A stretch of 37,666 nt of DNA from Candidatus Faecenecus gallistercoris. GTDB taxonomy: Bacteria; Bacillota_I; Bacilli_A; RF39; UBA660. Below the pieces are notes generated by a model. The model had not been told where the DNA came from. It saw nothing but the letters and a program-made list of their open reading frames with translations, and searched no databases. Shown one piece after another: positions 25,036-34,045 of the stretch. The stretch spans positions 1 through 37,666 of the forward strand of contig DVFU01000064.1 in the NCBI GenBank assembly GCA_018713065.1, given 5' to 3'. The translations under genes were made by a program, and so were the position numbers. Positions within the stretch are counted from its first letter, which is position 1. The number at the start of each line of letters is the position of its first letter.

Positions 25036-25722
25036 ATGGAAGAAGAAGTACTATTACAAGAAGCACAACTAGTGAATCATCAAGTAAGGCAAAAAGCATT
25101 GTGTTTATCAAAGCAGAGTTTAAGCACGACTTTATATGCTTATACGGCTGCATTATGTGATTTGGGAGCTGTCACTCATTTCATGCACGAATTCTACGAT
25201 CAAAATGGTTGGCCAGAAATCGATGCCTTTCAAAAGGAGACAAGCCCTCTTTATTGGGAAATCGTAGAGGCGTATCAAAATCTTTCTAACTATGCGAAAG
25301 ATGCACGCATTTTTGATTCTTATCATCCAAGATGGCATGATTTGGCTTATCAACAGATTGTAAAATTGTTGAAACAGGTTGAGATTACCAGTCGAACTGG
25401 AGATTATCAAATCACGAGGGACATGACTTTGGTTAAGAAAGCAGTGCTTTGTCATACGATAGGACTATCTTCCGAAATTTTAGAGCGTCAAGAAAGCGAT
25501 TCTTCTTTTCAGAGCGATGATGAATCCAATTGGAATTTGTTGCTAGAAATGTGGAATTTGTATCAAAATAACCATCGCGGTATCGATGTGGCGTTAGATT
25601 CCAATTCGAAAGCCCAGTATACAGAAGAGATTACACCGTTACTTTCTTACATCGATAAAAACTATTCTTATCGGAATGATTATGAAAGAAATCGTTATCA
25701 AGAAAAGATTTTAACGCGTTAA
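25036..25722 (+). CDS. Hypothetical protein (228 aa), paralog A of a tandem pair
   Basis: GGGAG SD, 20 nt after ylbL. It shares FYDQNGWP, GDY...KKAVLCHTIGLS and YIDKNYSY blocks with the next gene. Confidence 0.6.
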   Translation: MEEEVLLQEAQLVNHQVRQKALCLSKQSLSTTLYAYTAALCDLGAVTHFMHEFYDQNGWPEIDAFQKETSPLYWEIVEAYQNLSNYAKDARIFDSYHPRWHDLAYQQIVKLLKQVEITSRTGDYQITRDMTLVKKAVLCHTIGLSSEILERQESDSSFQSDDESNWNLLLEMWNLYQNNHRGIDVALDSNSKAQYTEEITPLLSYIDKNYSYRNDYERNRYQEKILTR

Positions 25723-25742
25723 AGGTTAGAACATCCAGTATT

Positions 25743-25771
25743 TTGACATTTTAATAAAAATATGATATAAT
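25743..25771 (+). promoter_or_regulatory. Perfect consensus sigma-A promoter with extended -10
   Basis: TTGACA (25743-25748), a 17-nt spacer ending in TGa, then TATAAT (25766-25771). The SD GGGGGA lies 14 nt downstream of the -10 box. Confidence 0.75.
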
Positions 25772-25797
25772 TAGGTCATCGATTGGGGGAAATTAAT

Positions 25798-26517
25798 ATG
25801 AAAAATTTAGAGTCAATTACAGCAGAAACAGAAATGTTGACAGCTAATTTAAAAAGAATCAACGATTGGGTAGCACAAAATCCAGATACCGATCCAAATT
25901 ATTATGAGTATATCGAGCAATTAGTTCGCTTTGGAGAACTTGCGGCTGATGTATCGAAATACTTTGATCAAGTGGGTTGGCCAACAGACGAAAAAGGGAA
26001 AGAACTTACTCATTATGATGCTTGGCGTTCTACACCTGAATTAGAAACGTGCCATGCTGAACTTTTGAAACTTGCTCAAGCGAGAAAAATTGGTGAAGAG
26101 GGATTTACCGATCCAAAAACGAATCCAGAAGCAGTTGAATTTTTAAGAGAACTTCGTACGCGTTGTACCATTGGAGAATACTTTACTAGCGATGATCCTG
26201 ACTACAGAAAAATGAAGCAAAAATTGATTTGTATGTCATTCAGTGTTCCGTTTTATATTTGGCAAGTTCAAAGAAAAGAACCTAATTATCAATACGATAA
26301 CAGTAGCGAGTTTGATACAATGAAAAAAATGCGTGACTTAAATGTTTCTTTATATCCAACTCAATATTCTGAATATGATAAAGACGATAATCTAATATAT
26401 GAAGGACCTCAATTTGGAAATTATATCGATGCTATGTTCGATCAAATTGAAAAGTCTTATAAGTATTCTGGTGCTATGGGAGCAAAAGAAGAACCTGTCA
26501 CTTACGTTAAAAAATAA
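25798..26517 (+). CDS. Hypothetical protein (239 aa), paralog B of a tandem pair
   Basis: ATG at 25798 sits 7 nt after GGGGGA and downstream of a perfect consensus promoter. The TTG at 25783 in the ORF track would lie at or upstream of the predicted TSS. It has its own terminator. Blocks YFDQVGWP, GEY...QKLICMSFSV and QIEKSYKY. Confidence 0.65.
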   Translation: MKNLESITAETEMLTANLKRINDWVAQNPDTDPNYYEYIEQLVRFGELAADVSKYFDQVGWPTDEKGKELTHYDAWRSTPELETCHAELLKLAQARKIGEEGFTDPKTNPEAVEFLRELRTRCTIGEYFTSDDPDYRKMKQKLICMSFSVPFYIWQVQRKEPNYQYDNSSEFDTMKKMRDLNVSLYPTQYSEYDKDDNLIYEGPQFGNYIDAMFDQIEKSYKYSGAMGAKEEPVTYVKK

Positions 26518-26534
26518 AAGTTAAAATAGTTGTC

Positions 26535-26564
26535 AAATCGTATCATTCGATACGATTTTCTTTT
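26535..26564 (+). terminator. Terminator after paralog B
   Basis: AAATCGTATC-ATTC-GATACGATTT followed by TCTTTT. Confidence 0.7.
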
Positions 26565-26590
26565 GCCTAAAACTGGATTTGTTGTATAAT
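26563..26590 (+). promoter_or_regulatory. Putative mutS promoter
   Basis: TTGCCT-16 nt-TATAAT (26585-26590), downstream of the preceding terminator. Confidence 0.4.
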
Positions 26591-26619
26591 AATATTTACG
26601 GATTAAAGGATGGGATTAC

Positions 26620-29190
26620 ATGAAACGTAGTGAAGTAGATAAAAGTAAACTGTCTCCAATGATGTTACAGTACTTAAAAATTAAAGAACAGTATGAAGAT
26701 ACAATTTTGTTTTATCGAATTGGTGACTTTTATGAAATGTTTTTTGAAGATGCGATTACTGCCTCACGGGAACTAGAACTTACTTTAACAGGAAAAAGTG
26801 CTGGTTTAGAAGAACGTGTGCCGATGTGTGGTGTACCTCATCATGCTTATCAAGTTTATTTGGATAAACTAATCGATAAGGGATATAAAGTTGCCATTGT
26901 AGAGCAGTTAGAAGACCCGAAAGATGCCAAAGGAATGGTCGATCGAGGAGTTATTCAAGTTGTTACTAAAGGAACACGTTTAGATGATTCTTTAGCATCT
27001 GGCGACAACAATTACGTCGGTAATGTCTACGATTTTGAATATTGTTACGGCATCAGTTATTGTGATGTTTCGACTGGATATTTTTATGCTTTTGTAATCG
27101 ATCACGATTCTAATTTACTTTTGAAAGAGATTGCCAATCGTGGCATTATCGAACTCATCGTCAACAGTCCAGTCGATCGGGGCGTCATTACAACGTTACG
27201 CAATTTGTATAATGTTGTCGTCACCATTCGCGATGACGTTTATGAGAATGATGATTATCATTTTGTATACGATGACGTTTCAGATGTTCGAATTGTAACG
27301 ACGATTAAACACCTTCTTAGTTATCTTTTCGATACCAAAAAAGGAGAACTTCGGCACTTACAACATGTCGAACTGGTTAATGAGCAGAACTTTTTATTGT
27401 TCGATGTTCATACGAAGAAAAACTTGGAACTCACTGAGACGATTCGAACGGGTGACCGAACTTATTCCTTACTATGGTTATTAGATCAAACCAGCAGTGC
27501 GATGGGAAGTAGATTTTTAAAATACAATTTGGAAAATCCACTTACAGATGTCAAACAAATCGAAAGACGATACGATGTCATCGAGAAACTTTTGACCGAA
27601 TTTATCTTAAAGGATGAATTGCGGGAAGAATTGAAAGGTGTCTACGATTTGGAACGATTAAGTAGTAGAATCTGTTATGGTAATTTAAATGCTAGAGACA
27701 TGATTCAATTACGGAATTCGCTATCGCATTTACCGAAAATTGACGAAATTTTAAAAGAATTACAATACGATAAATCATTGGAACCATTAGATAATTTATA
27801 TGATTTATTATCCCGTGCGATTAATGATGACGCACCACAGACACTACGGGAAGGTGGCTTAATTAAGAGTGGTTACAATGCTGAACTGGATGAGTTACGT
27901 TCCGTCAGTACCGGTTCCAAAGATTTTATTTTACAGATGGAACAACAGGAACGAGAGAGAACCGGTATTAAGAATTTGAAAGTCGGTTACAACAAAGTAT
28001 TCGGCTATTACATCGAAGTCTCTAAAGGAAGTGTGCCGTTAATTAAAGAGGAATTTGGCTATGAACGAAAGCAGACTTTGACGACAGGAGAACGGTTCGT
28101 TACCAAATGGTTAAAAGAAAAAGAAAACATTATTTTAGGTGCGGAAGAGAAAATTGTGCAGTTAGAATATCAGTTGTTTATGGATATTCGAGAGAAAACG
28201 AAGCAGTACATCCATACAATTCAAAAGAATGCTAAAACACTCGCTGAAGTCGACATGATGGTAAGTCTTGCTACAGTGGCTAGTGAAAATGGATACGTGC
28301 GACCTGTGATTACCAAAGAACGTGTCGTTAACATTAAGGATTCTAGACATCCGGTCGTCGAAAAAGTCAATCAACAAGATTACGTTCCGAACGACATCAA
28401 TATGGGCAAAGACACCAACATCCTATTGATTACGGGTCCTAATATGGCTGGTAAGAGTACTTACATGCGGCAGTTTGCTATCATCGTCATCATGGCTCAA
28501 ATTGGTTCTTTCGTACCGGCAAAGAGTTGTACGATGCCAATTTTCGATAAGATTTTTACTAGAATTGGAGCGAGTGACGATTTGGTATCGGGTGAATCTA
28601 CCTTCATGGTCGAGATGAAAGAAGCCAACAATGCCATTTCATCTGCTACCCAAAACAGTTTGATTTTGTTCGATGAATTGGGTCGTGGTACGGCAACATA
28701 CGACGGTATGAGTATTGCCCAAGCGATTTTGGAATACATTCACGATAAAATTAAAGCCAAAACGTTGTTCTCTACTCATTATCACGAGTTGACCGCTCTA
28801 GCAGGAGAGTTGAAAAACTTACGCAATGTTCACGTCTCAGCAGTGGAAGAAGACGGTAAAATCACATTCTTGCATAAGATTAAAAACGGGGCTGTCGACA
28901 AGAGTTATGGTATTCACGTCGCAAGTCTTGCCAATCTTCCGAAGACAATCATCGACCGCGCGAACGACATTTTAGATGTCTACGAACATAAAAATAAAGA
29001 TAAACCAACCTTTACTCAGACAAGTTTATTTTTACCGGTAGACGAGGAAGAAGAACCTACTAAGGAAAGTCCAGCTATCGAGAAAATTCGTGAGATTGAT
29101 CCGATTACAATGACCCCGTTAGAGGCTTTGAATTTCTTATACGAGATGAAACAAGAAATTATTAAAAGTGATGAGCAAAAAGGAGATTAG
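26620..29190 (+). CDS. mutS: DNA mismatch repair protein MutS
   Basis: SPMMLQYLKIKEQY, GDFYEMFFEDA, Walker A TGPNMAGKSTYMRQ, DELGRGTATYDG, STHYHEL. 856 aa. Confidence 0.97.
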   Translation: MKRSEVDKSKLSPMMLQYLKIKEQYEDTILFYRIGDFYEMFFEDAITASRELELTLTGKSAGLEERVPMCGVPHHAYQVYLDKLIDKGYKVAIVEQLEDPKDAKGMVDRGVIQVVTKGTRLDDSLASGDNNYVGNVYDFEYCYGISYCDVSTGYFYAFVIDHDSNLLLKEIANRGIIELIVNSPVDRGVITTLRNLYNVVVTIRDDVYENDDYHFVYDDVSDVRIVTTIKHLLSYLFDTKKGELRHLQHVELVNEQNFLLFDVHTKKNLELTETIRTGDRTYSLLWLLDQTSSAMGSRFLKYNLENPLTDVKQIERRYDVIEKLLTEFILKDELREELKGVYDLERLSSRICYGNLNARDMIQLRNSLSHLPKIDEILKELQYDKSLEPLDNLYDLLSRAINDDAPQTLREGGLIKSGYNAELDELRSVSTGSKDFILQMEQQERERTGIKNLKVGYNKVFGYYIEVSKGSVPLIKEEFGYERKQTLTTGERFVTKWLKEKENIILGAEEKIVQLEYQLFMDIREKTKQYIHTIQKNAKTLAEVDMMVSLATVASENGYVRPVITKERVVNIKDSRHPVVEKVNQQDYVPNDINMGKDTNILLITGPNMAGKSTYMRQFAIIVIMAQIGSFVPAKSCTMPIFDKIFTRIGASDDLVSGESTFMVEMKEANNAISSATQNSLILFDELGRGTATYDGMSIAQAILEYIHDKIKAKTLFSTHYHELTALAGELKNLRNVHVSAVEEDGKITFLHKIKNGAVDKSYGIHVASLANLPKTIIDRANDILDVYEHKNKDKPTFTQTSLFLPVDEEEEPTKESPAIEKIREIDPITMTPLEALNFLYEMKQEIIKSDEQKGD

Positions 29191-29214
29191 AAATTTGTAG
29201 TTTCTCCTTTTTTT
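29177..29214 (+). terminator. mutS terminator (large loop)
   Basis: AAAAAGGAGA-N16-TCTCCTTTTT followed by TT. The mutS stop lies in the loop. Confidence 0.5.
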
Positions 29215-29253
29215 CATAGCTAAAATTCGGTATAATGTTTATGGTGATATACT

Positions 29254-30432
29254 ATGGAAAACAAAAAAACGATGCGTTGGTGCGATATTCTAGTCGTCAT
29301 CTTCTTTTTAATTCAACCAATTTTGGATGTTTTGGCTTGTTTTGATGTCGGAATGATTCACACCCTTATTCGTGGGTCATTTTTCTGCTTTATGATCGTC
29401 TATTTATTATGGAATCCAAAGATGCGTAAATGGATGATTCCGTACTTACTCGCCATTGGAATGTATTTGGCATATTATTTGTTCTATTTTCATTTACCAT
29501 TAGTAGATACCATTAGCAATACGATGAAACTGTTTTATTTACCGGTCGTTCTGCTTTTTTTCTATGTATTTACGTCCAAGCGTATGCATCCATCCGTTGC
29601 CATGGCTGATTTAACGATTTATGTTTCTTTATTTGTTCTTTCTTATTTATTTGGTTTCGGTTTTAACAATTACGATCCGACCAATTCAACTAAATTGGGA
29701 TTCCGGGGTGTATTTAATTCGATTAATGAAATCAGTGCTATTTTGATTGCTTTGTTGCCGATAGCTACTAAGTTTTTACTTCGGTATCGGAAGTGGATTT
29801 GGTTGCTTATTCTTTATGGATTAACGATTGCGACGAGTCTTTTGATGGGAACGAAAGTTACATTAGGAGGTATCGTATTGGTTATCTTGTATTTTGTTAT
29901 TCCAAAGTTGTACCGAAAATGGAAACGTTTTAGCGTCGCATCGAAATCGTTATCGATTGCCATTTGCTGTGCTGTTTTGTTACTCGGATGTTACTTATTA
30001 CCGTTTACGACGACTTATCAAAATATGGTCATTCAAGCAGAGTTTTTCCAAGTAGACCAGATCTTTAGTCTCGATTTTATCAATCGCGTATTATTTAATG
30101 ACCGATTATCTTTTTTAGCAATCAATTGGAACGAGTTTTTACTTGCGAATCCAATCGAATGGCTTTTCGGAGTTGGTTTTAATACCGCATATAAGTTAGT
30201 AGAAATCGATTTCTTCGATGTGTTGTTCCGATATGGAATTGTGGGCTGGATTTTACTATTTTTACCAATCGTGCTTGCTTTTTGGAAACTACCAAAGAAA
30301 AGTGTCTATTTCTTTTCTTTGGTGCTTCTTATCCTAATTAGCAGCACTTCTGGACACGTTCTCATCTATCCAGCAGTTGCCATCTATTTTGGATTTCCAA
30401 TTTTATTTTCAAAAAAGAAACAAAAAAATTGA
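29254..30432 (+). CDS. O-antigen ligase/polymerase-like (Wzy_C-type) polytopic membrane protein
   Basis: About 10-12 TM helices, with a central loop FRGVFNSINEISAILIALLPIA resembling the Wzy_C signature. 392 aa. No neighbouring glycosyltransferase genes. Confidence 0.55.
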   Translation: MENKKTMRWCDILVVIFFLIQPILDVLACFDVGMIHTLIRGSFFCFMIVYLLWNPKMRKWMIPYLLAIGMYLAYYLFYFHLPLVDTISNTMKLFYLPVVLLFFYVFTSKRMHPSVAMADLTIYVSLFVLSYLFGFGFNNYDPTNSTKLGFRGVFNSINEISAILIALLPIATKFLLRYRKWIWLLILYGLTIATSLLMGTKVTLGGIVLVILYFVIPKLYRKWKRFSVASKSLSIAICCAVLLLGCYLLPFTTTYQNMVIQAEFFQVDQIFSLDFINRVLFNDRLSFLAINWNEFLLANPIEWLFGVGFNTAYKLVEIDFFDVLFRYGIVGWILLFLPIVLAFWKLPKKSVYFFSLVLLILISSTSGHVLIYPAVAIYFGFPILFSKKKQKN

Positions 30433-30482
30433 TGTTAGAACCACTTTTATGATATGATTATTGCAAATGAGGTGTATGTAGT

Positions 30483-30902
30483 ATGGGAGAATTAATTTAT
30501 TTTCCAAAAGTAAATTATGAACCAGGATCACCTAAACAAGATTCCAAGGTTTGCGAGACGATTCCGTTTCCGATGGAAGACATTAAGGTTCATCGTTATT
30601 TGATACAGTATAATTCCATTTCTTTAAAACGGTATTATCTTTTGCAACAACAAGCGAATTTATTAAATCATTACAATCGATTGGATGGTGCTAAGAATGA
30701 ATTTTACCGAATCGTGGCAGAAGCTGGCAATTGTGCGATGTTGGAACGCGATTTGGAAACGTTAGAAGAGATTGGTTCAGAAGTTTCTTTGCAACTTTCC
30801 AAAATCAATCGTGAAATTCGAAATTTGGATGTTTGCGTTGCACGACTAACTCAAAAGGCACCTGTTCGTGTCAAAACATATTCGCCAAAAATAAATCATT
30901 AG
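30483..30902 (+). CDS. Hypothetical coiled-coil protein (139 aa)
   Basis: GAGGTG SD. It is the only sizeable ORF upstream of nusB. I recognise no motif. Confidence 0.45.
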   Translation: MGELIYFPKVNYEPGSPKQDSKVCETIPFPMEDIKVHRYLIQYNSISLKRYYLLQQQANLLNHYNRLDGAKNEFYRIVAEAGNCAMLERDLETLEEIGSEVSLQLSKINREIRNLDVCVARLTQKAPVRVKTYSPKINH

Positions 30903-30916
30903 AAAGAAGTGTATCT

Positions 30917-31333
30917 ATGAAAAATCGTAGTGAATTAAGAGAAATTATTATGAAAGTGTTGTATCAATCTTACATTTTAGGAGAAACTAAATTAGAGTAC
31001 AACGTCGATGATTTCATCAAAGAGCAATTAGAGGTTCAAAATGATTTCGTTTCTGATACTGTTCACGGTGTCATCGAACATCAAAAACATATCTCAGAAG
31101 TAGCGGATCGATATTTAGAAGAGTCCGGCTGGAAGATGAAGCGATTAAATAAGGTTGACCAAGCCATCATCAGTTTGGGAATTTATGAACTTCTTTATAC
31201 AGAGACTCCTTCTGTTGTTGCAATCAACGAAGCAATTGAACTTTCTAAAAAGTATAGTGATGAGAAAGTTACCGGTTTAATCAATGGGGTATTGGACCGC
31301 ATCTATCACAGTGAGGTTTCCGATGCAAGATAA
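30917..31333 (+). CDS. nusB: Transcription antitermination factor NusB
   Basis: MKNRSELREIIMKVLYQ, VDQAIISLGIYELLY, VAINEAIELSKKY. ATG at 30917. The 5' extension in the ORF track (30833) overlaps the previous gene. Confidence 0.85.
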   Translation: MKNRSELREIIMKVLYQSYILGETKLEYNVDDFIKEQLEVQNDFVSDTVHGVIEHQKHISEVADRYLEESGWKMKRLNKVDQAIISLGIYELLYTETPSVVAINEAIELSKKYSDEKVTGLINGVLDRIYHSEVSDAR

Positions 31334-32624
31334 ATATATTACGGTGACACAACTCACCAGATATATCAAATATAAAATTGATGGCGATGCCAATTTAAAT
31401 GTCGTTTTCTTAAAGGGAGAAATCTCCAATTTTAAGGCTCATACGAGAGGTCACTTTTACTTTACCTTAAAGGATGATAATTCTAGAATCAATGCTGTGA
31501 TGTTTGCATCGCGTGCCTCTAAAATGAAATTTGTGCCACAAGATGGCATGAAAGTCATGGTGACGGGGAAAGTTTCTGTCTACGAAGCGACTGGAGGATA
31601 CCAAATTTACGTCGATGAAATGGTCGAAGATGGCATTGGAAACTTATACATTGCGTTTGAACAACTAAAAGAAAAACTTGCCAAAGAGGGGCTTTTCAAT
31701 CCAGAGTTTAAAAAGCCAATTCCAAAGTATCCGAAAGTAATTGGAATTGTGACGGCACCGACGGGAGCAGCAATTCGCGATATTTTAAGTACGATTCATA
31801 GAAGATGGCCTTTAACCAGTACGATTTTATTTCCGGCTTTGGTCCAAGGAAAAGAAGGAGCACAATCGATTGCAAAACAAATCGAGGTGGCGAGTACCTA
31901 TCCGATCGATGTTTTAATCGTCGGTCGTGGTGGTGGCTCCATTGAAGATTTGTGGTGTTTTAACGAAGAGATTGTGGCACGGGCAATTTTCGATTGTGAC
32001 ATTCCTGTCATCAGTGCGGTCGGTCACGAAGTCGACTTTACGATTGCTGACTTCGTAGCCGATATGAGAGCACCGACTCCTACTGGAGCAGCAGAAATGG
32101 CCGTTCCGAACTTACCGGATGTCGAAGCGTTATTAAAACAAATTACACTTCGTCTTAACAAAGCATTGCTAACCCAAGTTGCATCGAAACAAGAGAAGTT
32201 GGAGCAGCTTCAAAAAAGTTTTATTTTTCAAAATCCAATGGCAATTTATGAAGTGAAAGAGGAGACATTCGACCGTCTATACGATCGTTTAGAACTTGCC
32301 ATGCAACACATCGTAAGTAAGAAAAGAGATCGGTTTTTATATATTATGAAGCATCGTTGTTTTACAAATCCTGAAATTGTTTTTGCAAACCAAGAACGGT
32401 CGTTGGTAACGATGTTATCGAAACTAGAAGCATTAAATCCACTTTTAACCATCAAACGCGGTTATTCGATTGTTAGGAATCAAAACGGATTAGTGTCTAA
32501 AGTATCCGATGCTAAAGTAGATGATTTGTTATCCATTACAGTTACGGATGGAACGATAGAAGCAAAAGTCGTGAAGGAGGAGAAGAAAGATGGAAGAAAA
32601 AAAGAAAAAAACAAAGGAAACTAG
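31323..32624 (+). CDS. xseA: Exodeoxyribonuclease VII large subunit
   Basis: OB-fold N-terminus (ITVTQLTRYIK...GHFYFTLKD), VTAPTGAAIRD, VGRGGGSIEDLWCFN, SAVGHE.D.T. ATG at 31323 follows GTGAGG. Confidence 0.9.
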   Translation: MQDKYITVTQLTRYIKYKIDGDANLNVVFLKGEISNFKAHTRGHFYFTLKDDNSRINAVMFASRASKMKFVPQDGMKVMVTGKVSVYEATGGYQIYVDEMVEDGIGNLYIAFEQLKEKLAKEGLFNPEFKKPIPKYPKVIGIVTAPTGAAIRDILSTIHRRWPLTSTILFPALVQGKEGAQSIAKQIEVASTYPIDVLIVGRGGGSIEDLWCFNEEIVARAIFDCDIPVISAVGHEVDFTIADFVADMRAPTPTGAAEMAVPNLPDVEALLKQITLRLNKALLTQVASKQEKLEQLQKSFIFQNPMAIYEVKEETFDRLYDRLELAMQHIVSKKRDRFLYIMKHRCFTNPEIVFANQERSLVTMLSKLEALNPLLTIKRGYSIVRNQNGLVSKVSDAKVDDLLSITVTDGTIEAKVVKEEKKDGRKKEKNKGN

Positions 32625-32829
32625 TTTTGAAGAAGATTTAGCAGAACTAGAGGTAATTGTCAAAGGACTAGAAAGTGGCAATGTGCCGTTAGATGATGCC
32701 ATCGATCAATTTAATAAAGCTATGAAATTGGCAAATAAATGCAGTAAAAAGTTAAAGAGTGCCGAGGAATCTATCAATAAAATTTTAAATGAAGATGGAA
32801 CATTGTCAGATTTTACTGTTCAAGAATAA
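32590..32829 (+). CDS. xseB: Exodeoxyribonuclease VII small subunit
   Basis: SFEEDLAELEVIVKGLESGNVPLDDAI. 79 aa. Overlaps the xseA 3' end by 35 nt. Confidence 0.85.
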   Translation: MEEKKKKTKETSFEEDLAELEVIVKGLESGNVPLDDAIDQFNKAMKLANKCSKKLKSAEESINKILNEDGTLSDFTVQE

Positions 32830-32894
32830 TCTTAGGTATAAAAACGTAGTAGAATGCAACACTATAAATGTAGTTTAGTTGGGAGATGATTTTT

Positions 32895-33890
32895 ATGAAA
32901 CTCAAACACAAACTACATTTTTTTCTGGCCTTCATCTTGTTTATTCTACCAATTTCTGTTTGGGCAATTCCAGAATACGTCGTTCCGGGTGGCGAAAACA
33001 TCGGTATTAAAGTCAGTAATGAAGGCGTCATCGTCGTCGGATTTTACGAAGTTGACGGTGTAGACGTCGGTAGAGAATCGGGACTCGTTTTAGGCGATGT
33101 CATTAAGAAAGTAAATGGAGAGGCTGTCTCTTCCATCGATGACATGGTCGCTAAAATGGAAACAGGCGATATTGAAAATACGCGAATTACATATGAACGA
33201 AATGGGAAAGAATACGATACGACACTTTCTGTAACGAAAGATGATAATGGTGTTTATAAAACCGGATTGTATGTCAAAGATTCAATCCTCGGAATCGGAA
33301 GCATTACGTACATCGATACGTCCTCTGGTATTGCAACATATGGCGCGTTGGGACATGAAATCGATGAGAAAAATACGGCTTATAAAATCGAAGTTAAAGA
33401 AGGAAAAATCTTTGCGTCCACAGTGACGGGAATTACGAAAGGTACGGCTACGACGCCAGGTAGCAAAAATGCACGCTTTGATTCGTCAAAAATATTAGGA
33501 AATATAAAGGCAAACGAAGCGTCCGGCATTTACGGAACATACTCTGAAGAAGTTACAAAAGAGGCGATGAAAGTTGGTACAAAGGACGATATTCAAATTG
33601 GTCCAGCCACCATCTTAACGGTTTTAAATGGTGACGAAGTAGAGGAGTTCGATATTGAAATATTAAATTTAGACCCGGATCATGAAACCAAAAATATTCT
33701 ATTTCAAGTGACGGATGAAAGATTACTCGAAAGTACAGGCGGAATTGTTCAAGGCATGAGTGGTAGTCCGATTATTCAAAATGATATGATCATTGGTGCT
33801 GTAACTCATGTAGTTGTAAGTGACCCAGCTAAAGGCTACGGAATTTATCTTACGACTATGCTAGATGAAGCAGAAAAACAAGGAACTTAA
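32895..33890 (+). CDS. spoIVB: SpoIVB signalling serine peptidase (S55)
   Basis: Signal anchor, PDZ domain (GLVLGDVIKKVNGEAV), catalytic region (GALGHEI ... GGIVQGMSGSPII). I prefer ATG at 32895 over 32886 because of its spacing from GGGAG. Confidence 0.85.
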   Translation: MKLKHKLHFFLAFILFILPISVWAIPEYVVPGGENIGIKVSNEGVIVVGFYEVDGVDVGRESGLVLGDVIKKVNGEAVSSIDDMVAKMETGDIENTRITYERNGKEYDTTLSVTKDDNGVYKTGLYVKDSILGIGSITYIDTSSGIATYGALGHEIDEKNTAYKIEVKEGKIFASTVTGITKGTATTPGSKNARFDSSKILGNIKANEASGIYGTYSEEVTKEAMKVGTKDDIQIGPATILTVLNGDEVEEFDIEILNLDPDHETKNILFQVTDERLLESTGGIVQGMSGSPIIQNDMIIGAVTHVVVSDPAKGYGIYLTTMLDEAEKQGT

Positions 33891-33906
33891 TGTTCCTTTT
33901 CTTTTT
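33878..33906 (+). terminator. spoIVB terminator
   Basis: AAGGAAC-TTAAT-GTTCCTT followed by TTCTTTTT. The stop codon lies in the loop. Confidence 0.7.
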
Positions 33907-33940
33907 GACTGACAAGTTTTTAAAAATGGTTCGAAAACCG

Positions 33941-33970
33941 TTGACCGATTCTTTTTAAATGGGATATAAT
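33941..33970 (+). promoter_or_regulatory. Putative helD promoter
   Basis: TTGACC-18 nt-TATAAT, about 75 nt upstream of the helD ATG. Confidence 0.5.
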
Positions 33971-34045
33971 TGGTACGTTTGGACCTAATCTACTGATTTG
34001 TGATGTAGATAGGAATCGTTTGAAGGACGAAGGAGGAGTGTTCAA

